Assembly: GCA_964434195.1 (NCBI GenBank)
Contig: CAYSUI010000001.1
Coordinates: 8,931 to 72,930 of the forward strand
Origin: an uncultured Candidatus Saccharibacteria bacterium
Lineage (GTDB): Bacteria > Patescibacteriota > Doudnabacteria > UBA920
Direction: 5' to 3'
DNA length: 64,000 nucleotides
Shown here: piece by piece, positions 58,551-64,000 of the stretch
Layout of the letters: every line of letters starts with the position of its first letter
How positions within the stretch are numbered: position 1 is the stretch's first letter
The notes under the pieces: generated by a model
What the model was told of the DNA's origin: nothing
The model's input: only the letters and a program-made list of their open reading frames with translations
The model's database searches: none
Position numbers and translations under genes: made by a program

Positions 58551-59779
58551 TATTTCATTTTTTTCCTAATGAAGGCAGGAATATCCAATTCGTCGTCGTC
58601 TGCACCTGTATCCTGGGTTCTTGGCTGTTCTTTAGGTGGTATGGGCTCTATGGGCTTAGGGGTAAACAAAGGCCTTCTTACTTCCATTTTGGGCTCCTCG
58701 CGCTGAATAGGGGGAGGAGTTTGAACTGGAGGAGGAGTTGGTTGAGGGTTAAAAATACTTGGGCGTTTTGGTTCTTCTTTAAATTCTGGAAAAACAACTG
58801 GAGGACGTTTATTGGTTTCGTCGAAACCTGTGGCTATGACAGTAATCTTAATTTCGTCGTTTAGACTTTCGTCTATAACAGCACCGAATTTAACTTTGGC
58901 GTCTGGGTCTATGCTCTTTGTAATAACCTTTGCTGCTTCGTCTATTTCAAACATACCCAGGTCGCCACCACCGGTTATATTGAATAGCACACCTTTGGCA
59001 CCGTCTATTGCCAGCTCTAAAAGTGGGGAGTTTATAGCCTGCTTGGCGGCGTTCTCTGCCCTACCGTCACCACTTGCCCTACCTATACCCATGAGGGCTG
59101 TTCCTGCGTCTGCCATAATACTCCGCACATCTGCGAAGTCAGCGTTTACTATACCGTGGGTAGTTATAAGGTCTGAGATACCAGAAATACCTTGACGAAG
59201 CACTTCGTCTACGGTTTTAAATGCGTCTACCAGCGAGGTTTTCTTGTCTATTATCTGTAGTATTCGGTCGTTGTGAATAGATATAATAGCATCCACTTTG
59301 TCTTTTAAATTATCATAACCAACCTCTGAAATTTCTTTTCTCTTACTTCCTTCAAAAGTAAAAGGCTTGGTAACAACGGCAACTGTTAGTATTCCCCTAT
59401 TCTTAGCAAGTTCGGCAACAATTGGCGCAGCACCAGTACCAGTACCGCCACCAAGTCCACAAGTAATAAAAACCATATCGGCGTTACTGATAACTTCTTC
59501 AATTTCTTCCTGAGATTCTTCCGCTGCAGCCCGCCCGAGGTCTGGATTCATACCACTACCAAGACCCTTGGTAATTGTCTTACCAATGTGAACTTTTTTG
59601 TCTGAGTTGTTGTTATGGAGGGCCTGGGCGTCAGTATTTATTGATATAAATTCAACCCCACGAATTCCAAGCTCAGTCATCCGGTTGACGGCGTTTGTAC
59701 CAGAACCGCCTATACCGAGGACCTTAATTCGGGCGAATGTCTCGATTTTCGGTTTAACTTCCATAATGCTTTTTTTCAT
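58550..59779 (-). CDS. ftsZ: cell division protein FtsZ
   Basis: GGGTGTG signature, NADFAD, C-terminal LDIPAFIR. Confidence 0.99.
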   Translation of the reverse strand: MKKSIMEVKPKIETFARIKVLGIGGSGTNAVNRMTELGIRGVEFISINTDAQALHNNNSDKKVHIGKTITKGLGSGMNPDLGRAAAEESQEEIEEVISNADMVFITCGLGGGTGTGAAPIVAELAKNRGILTVAVVTKPFTFEGSKRKEISEVGYDNLKDKVDAIISIHNDRILQIIDKKTSLVDAFKTVDEVLRQGISGISDLITTHGIVNADFADVRSIMADAGTALMGIGRASGDGRAENAAKQAINSPLLELAIDGAKGVLFNITGGGDLGMFEIDEAAKVITKSIDPDAKVKFGAVIDESLNDEIKITVIATGFDETNKRPPVVFPEFKEEPKRPSIFNPQPTPPPVQTPPPIQREEPKMEVRRPLFTPKPIEPIPPKEQPRTQDTGADDDELDIPAFIRKKMK

Positions 59780-59844
59780 AAAAATAGTGTACGTAGTCTA
59801 CCATGAACCTACAAGTGCCACAACTCACCCGAAATTGCGACTGT

Positions 59845-61086
59845 CTAGGGAAGGAAAGACTTAAACCATTTACCTATTTTGTCGAAGGATGGACTACTAA
59901 ATGCGCTTTTTACTGAAGAAAAGCCTCCCGAGGAAAGATTGTTATATTTATTTCCCCACAGAACCAAACCACAAGCGGTAGAAAAAATTGGATCTTCGAC
60001 AATATCGATTACCGAACTGATCCCTTGTAGTTCACTAAAGCTAGTAGGGAGTCTTGTTTGAGTCTTTGCAAATTCTAAAATACCAGGGAGATGACTTCCT
60101 CCACCCGTAAGAACTATACCTGCTGGAAGCTTGCCATCTCGGTTAATCTTCTTTAGTTCTTTATTCACCATATCAAAAATCTCTTCTAACCTAGCCTCTA
60201 TAATTTCACTTACCTCAGCTCTTAGAACTTTTTCGTTTTCTTCCGGATCGAAAGCAGATAAGTCTACTTCCTCTCTTCGGTCAATATTTCGACTAATAGC
60301 ATTCCCTGCGTGGACTTTTATTCTTTCAGCGGTTTCAATAGTTGTTCTAAGACCTATAGCAATATCGTTGGTTATATGTTGCCCCCCAAGAGGAATAACT
60401 GCGCTATGAATGAGATTATTTTCTTCATAAACAGCTAGCGAGGAAGTCCCAGCCCCGAGATCTAGCAATGCAACACCTAGCTCTTTTTGGCGTTTACTCA
60501 GAACAGCAGTACTAGCTGCTAGTGGGGCCAAAACTAAATCGTCTACTTCTAAACCTGCTTGGGTAATTGCTCTGGAGAGGTTTTTAATAAAGGGTAAACC
60601 ACCATGAATAATAATAGTTTCCACTTCTAGGCGAATACCACTCATTCCGAGAGGGTCTTTTATACCAACTTGTCCATCAAGGGTAAAAGACTTAGGGATT
60701 ACATGAATAACTTCCCTGTTTGGTGGAATTGATATTGCTTGTGATGCGTCTATAACCCTAATGACATCGTTTTCGGTAATTTCACCATCTGCCCGCGAAA
60801 CAGCGATAACACCTCGGCTATCCATACAGGAAATATGACTACCACCAACCGAGACGGTAGCATGAGTAACCGGCACACCGGTCATGCGCTCTACTTTTTC
60901 AAGCGCACTAGATATTGAAGAAACTGCTTCTTCTATGTCGACAATAACACCTTTTCTCATTCCGGAAGCAATACTGCTCGCTGCTCCAACTACGCTCAAC
61001 CCCCCTTCGGGAGTGAGCTTTGCTTGGACAACGCGAATACTGTGCGTGCCAATATCGAGACCTACGATGTATTGTTCTTTAGCCAT
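59845..61086 (-). CDS. ftsA: cell division protein FtsA
   Basis: GLDIGT, DLGAGT, GG.HITNDI, VLTGGG; upstream of ftsZ. Confidence 0.98.
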   Translation of the reverse strand: MAKEQYIVGLDIGTHSIRVVQAKLTPEGGLSVVGAASSIASGMRKGVIVDIEEAVSSISSALEKVERMTGVPVTHATVSVGGSHISCMDSRGVIAVSRADGEITENDVIRVIDASQAISIPPNREVIHVIPKSFTLDGQVGIKDPLGMSGIRLEVETIIIHGGLPFIKNLSRAITQAGLEVDDLVLAPLAASTAVLSKRQKELGVALLDLGAGTSSLAVYEENNLIHSAVIPLGGQHITNDIAIGLRTTIETAERIKVHAGNAISRNIDRREEVDLSAFDPEENEKVLRAEVSEIIEARLEEIFDMVNKELKKINRDGKLPAGIVLTGGGSHLPGILEFAKTQTRLPTSFSELQGISSVIDIVEDPIFSTACGLVLWGNKYNNLSSGGFSSVKSAFSSPSFDKIGKWFKSFLP

Positions 61087-61172
61087 TTAGTATTTGGGAT
61101 TAGCGACTTTTTGCGAGTGACTAGGAAATTTTAATAAAAACTTACTAGTCGCTTGCCACTATTCCCTTGAAT

Positions 61173-61616
61173 CTATTTTGTTAGTTTTTCTTTTAGGATT
61201 TTTGAGAGAACAGAACCGTCTGCTCCTGCACCAAAGTGAGCCTTGAGTAAGCCCATAGCTTTACCAAAGTCACTTGTAGTAAAGGAGTTTTCGCTGACAA
61301 TTTTTTCTACAAACACAGAGATTTCTTCTTCCGAGACTTGAGCTGGAAGAAATTTCATTAACACTTCTATTTCTTTATTTTCCTTTTCGGCTAATTCTGG
61401 ACGTGAACCATTTGTATAGACTTCAGCTGCATCTTTTCTTTTTTTTACTTCAGATTTAACAAGCGAAAGATAATCTTCTTCTGTAAGATCTGTTCCTTTG
61501 CTTATTTTTTCGTTTTGAATTCGTGTTTTTAACGCACGCAGTGTATCGGCCTCGAGAGCATTTCTGCTCTTTAAGGCCGATATTAACTGTTGTTCAATTT
61601 CTGTTAGATTTACCAT
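61173..61616 (-). CDS. GatB/YqeY domain protein
   Basis: KKRKDA...Y....R.ELAEKE..EI..L..FLP, GKAMG, ADG. Confidence 0.92.
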   Translation of the reverse strand: MVNLTEIEQQLISALKSRNALEADTLRALKTRIQNEKISKGTDLTEEDYLSLVKSEVKKRKDAAEVYTNGSRPELAEKENKEIEVLMKFLPAQVSEEEISVFVEKIVSENSFTTSDFGKAMGLLKAHFGAGADGSVLSKILKEKLTK

Positions 61617-61632
61617 CTATTTATTATACAGG

Positions 61633-61694
61633 TTTATTTCCTGAAGCGTCCAAATTTTTTGACTACAATTTTACCCATTTTTTTCGCTTCTTCT
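61633..61694 (-). repeat. 62-bp duplicate of the rpsU 3' end
   Basis: 60 of 62 nt identical to 61791-61852. Confidence 0.95.
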
Positions 61695-61791
61695 GCTATA
61701 TATCGCCATGAAATGTATTCATGGCTGGAAGTTTTAACTGGCAAAGCCAGATTAAAACTTGATATGTATATAGTTTTTAGAATTGATAATT

Positions 61792-62034
61792 TTACTTCCT
61801 GAAGCGTCCGAATTTTTTGACTACAATTTTACCCATTTTTTTCGCTTCTTCTCTTTCTTCACGGGCGACAGAGCGTCTTCTTGCGGCTGCTCTTAACAAA
61901 TTTCTACTTTTTCTGGGTTCGTAATAACGAGTTTTTCGCGCACGAATAAGCACACCGCTTTGTTGGATTTTGCGGTTAAAACGACGGAGCAGATTTTCGA
62001 ATGATTCGTTATCTTTTTTCTTTACTTCTACCAA
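61792..62034 (-). CDS. rpsU: 30S ribosomal protein bS21
   Basis: V.V...ESFE.LLRRF.RK; next to yqeY; GAGGTGA RBS with TTG start. Confidence 0.93.
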   Translation of the reverse strand: MVEVKKKDNESFENLLRRFNRKIQQSGVLIRARKTRYYEPRKSRNLLRAAARRRSVAREEREEAKKMGKIVVKKFGRFRK

Positions 62035-62215
62035 TTCAACTCACCTCTTTCTATTAGATTTACCTATATATAGGTAGTTATGATTATTAGGCTGGCAAAT
62101 TTCCTTGCCAGCCTTTTTATACTATAAAAAAATTGAGCGCTTTAGTCAAACTGGATTTTATGGTATCCTACTTTCCACATATCGAATTTTTCGACTAGTG
62201 GAAATTGGAGGAAAA

Positions 62216-62521
62216 ATGAGCAATACACTTACAATGAATCACTTAAGTGTTACTAAGGGACATATTGTAACATCATTCTCAACAGAATCTGGGGATGACC
62301 GAGCAGAGCTTGCCACGTTGATAGATGATTGGTTAGTTAAAAAGTATGCAATTTTTATTCGTGTTGGGGAAGATGACCGAATAGTGAAGGGGTACGACTT
62401 TCAAAACAATGAATGGAAATTGCAGGGAGTAAGTACAGGAAGGGGTAGGAAAAAGACTGAAACGGTTTCAGCCGAAAGAACTGGCGAAATAACTGTGGTA
62501 CCACCTGTTTCGGGAGGTTGA
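62216..62521 (+). CDS. 101-aa protein ending in the ubiquitin/MoaD-like diglycine motif PPVSGG
   Basis: GGAGG RBS before ATG 62216; C-terminus ITVVPPVSGG-stop. Confidence 0.8.
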   Translation: MSNTLTMNHLSVTKGHIVTSFSTESGDDRAELATLIDDWLVKKYAIFIRVGEDDRIVKGYDFQNNEWKLQGVSTGRGRKKTETVSAERTGEITVVPPVSGG

Positions 62522-62526
62522 TTTAG

Positions 62527-63261
62527 ATGGAGACCCAAGGACTGGAAGGTATTGAAAAAAGCCTGGCAGAAATTAATGTTTATCATGGACTTCCGCTTGG
62601 AATTGGATCGGTAGATATTACCTCCGATTCGGAATTGGTCAGATTCCTTGGAAAAAAAATTAAAGAACTGAACAATCCTGAAGGGGTAGTAGACGAAGAA
62701 GTAACCCAAGAAGAATATCCGGAATGGAAAACGGTAAATACCTGGGTAATGAGCCGGAAGCGCAATGGGAAATGCTACCAGGTTTGGATTCAGAGAAACA
62801 AAATAACTGGCAAAACCAGATTAGTTAAAGAAAGTAGATTTTCACCGGATAAGGATAAACTAGAGTTCTTTATGATGAGTCTTTATAGAAGAATTCAGTT
62901 TACTTTACCGGAAGCTGAGATCACTGCTAGAGCAAAGCTGGAAAGTTATCTTAGCGAAAGCCAGAAAACAATGCTCATGCTGACCGGTTCGTTCTGTGAA
63001 GTTGGTAGAAGTGGAGTGGTGTACTACTTAAGGGAGAATAGACCGACACTCGCATACAGACCTTACCCTGACAAAAATGAGGGAGCTTTCTTATGCGCGT
63101 TGTGTCTACACCCTCTTGGTTACTACACCCGAACATGGGTTGGAGTACTAAGCCCTTCTGATGAGCTTTTGTCCCACCTGTTGTTTATTCGGGCGGATGA
63201 GTATGGATTTTGGAAAAAAGCTAACCATATATCATACCGGGAAACCGAAGCTGGGATATAA
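62527..63261 (+). CDS. hypothetical protein coupled to the GG-ending protein
   Basis: starts 5 nt after the upstream stop, RBS GGAGG lies in the Gly-Gly codons; CALCLHP and D.LL..LL.I..DE..F.K.AN motifs. Confidence 0.8.
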   Translation: METQGLEGIEKSLAEINVYHGLPLGIGSVDITSDSELVRFLGKKIKELNNPEGVVDEEVTQEEYPEWKTVNTWVMSRKRNGKCYQVWIQRNKITGKTRLVKESRFSPDKDKLEFFMMSLYRRIQFTLPEAEITARAKLESYLSESQKTMLMLTGSFCEVGRSGVVYYLRENRPTLAYRPYPDKNEGAFLCALCLHPLGYYTRTWVGVLSPSDELLSHLLFIRADEYGFWKKANHISYRETEAGI

Positions 63262-63515
63262 AAGTAAAAAACCACAGAACGAGCTTGCTGGTTCGGGCAA
63301 TATGCTTAAATAACACACTTTGCATGGGTCTTATAAGAAGTCAAATTATGACTTCTTTTTTTTGAGCCTGATATCGCTAACAAGGATTAATCTCATTGCT
63401 TGAAAGATTTGCATTAACCACACTCAGAGAGTTTACATTTTCGTAAAATGTTAAATTATGTTTTATCAATACTTAAAAACAGGTTAAATACCTGTTTTAG
63501 TTTTTTAACTTTCTA

Positions 63516-63851
63516 CTACTCACCCATTTGTTTCCCACCCAGCACATGGAGGTGCAAGTGTGGTATCACCTGACCACCTTCCTTACCTACGTTATACATT
63601 AACTTATAGCCTGTATCCCCGATCCCCTTTTCATCGGCGATCCTATTAGCAGTGAATATCATGTTTGCAAGTAAGTTTCTATGTTTTTCTTCCACATTGT
63701 GCGCTGAAGGGATATGTTCTTTTGGGATAACCAAAAAATGCACTGGGGCTTTAGGCAAGATATCTGGAACAACATAGAGCTCGTCGTTTTCCATAATAAT
63801 ATTAGACTCTTGTTCGTGTTTTCCTATTCTACAAAATACACAATTATCCAT
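63516..63851 (-). CDS. HIT family (Hint-like) nucleotide-binding protein
   Basis: CVFC.I, PKAPVHFLVIPK.H, GQVIPHLHLHVLGG. Confidence 0.96.
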   Translation of the reverse strand: MDNCVFCRIGKHEQESNIIMENDELYVVPDILPKAPVHFLVIPKEHIPSAHNVEEKHRNLLANMIFTANRIADEKGIGDTGYKLMYNVGKEGGQVIPHLHLHVLGGKQMGE

Positions 63852-63950
63852 AGTAGTTAATAAAGTTATCAAGTTTATAAAGTTCATATAGTTTTTATTC
63901 TTGTAGTTTAATTTATAAACCTTAAGAACTAGATGAACTTTTCGTTTAGA

Positions 63951-64000
63951 CTACTTACCTAATCTTTTCTTTACTTCGTTTACAATTTTATCATAGCTGA
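63951..64000 (-). CDS. 3' end of a gene running off the window
   Basis: open frame ...SYDKIVNEVKKRLGK-TAG. Confidence 0.4.
   Translation of the reverse strand, partial: SYDKIVNEVKKRLGK

Noticed and set aside
61633-61852. DGR template/variable repeat pair
   Set aside because: Only two mismatches, both synonymous and not an adenine-specific pattern, and no reverse transcriptase in the window.

Overview
AT-rich bacterial chromosome segment whose gene content and style suggest a Patescibacteria/CPR genome (inference). Housekeeping genes: groES-groEL with a CIRCE operator, mutM, a short RelA/SpoT, ndk, cyclophilin, comEC, hisS, btuR/cobO, nrdR-nrdJ with tandem NrdR boxes, ftsA-ftsZ, YqeY, rpsU and a HIT protein. 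There is a surface-glycan locus at about 10-27 kb and many small orphan genes, each with its own GGAGG RBS and terminator. No rRNA, tRNA, CRISPR array, integrase or transposase was recognised. Most notable: (1) a 38-bp palindrome in four copies, three of them bracketing a wHTH + Cas2/PaaX-like gene and an Hfq/Sm-like gene; (2) a two-gene module of a small protein ending in PPVSGG plus an unknown Cys-Leu-His-Pro protein, a candidate minimal ubiquitin-like system; (3) two leader-peptide attenuators, one His-rich upstream of a lone divergent hisG; (4) a 62-bp duplication of the rpsU 3' end with only synonymous differences; (5) a dRS3-like palindrome read in frame inside a glycosyltransferase. All family assignments come from motif recognition by eye, with no database search.
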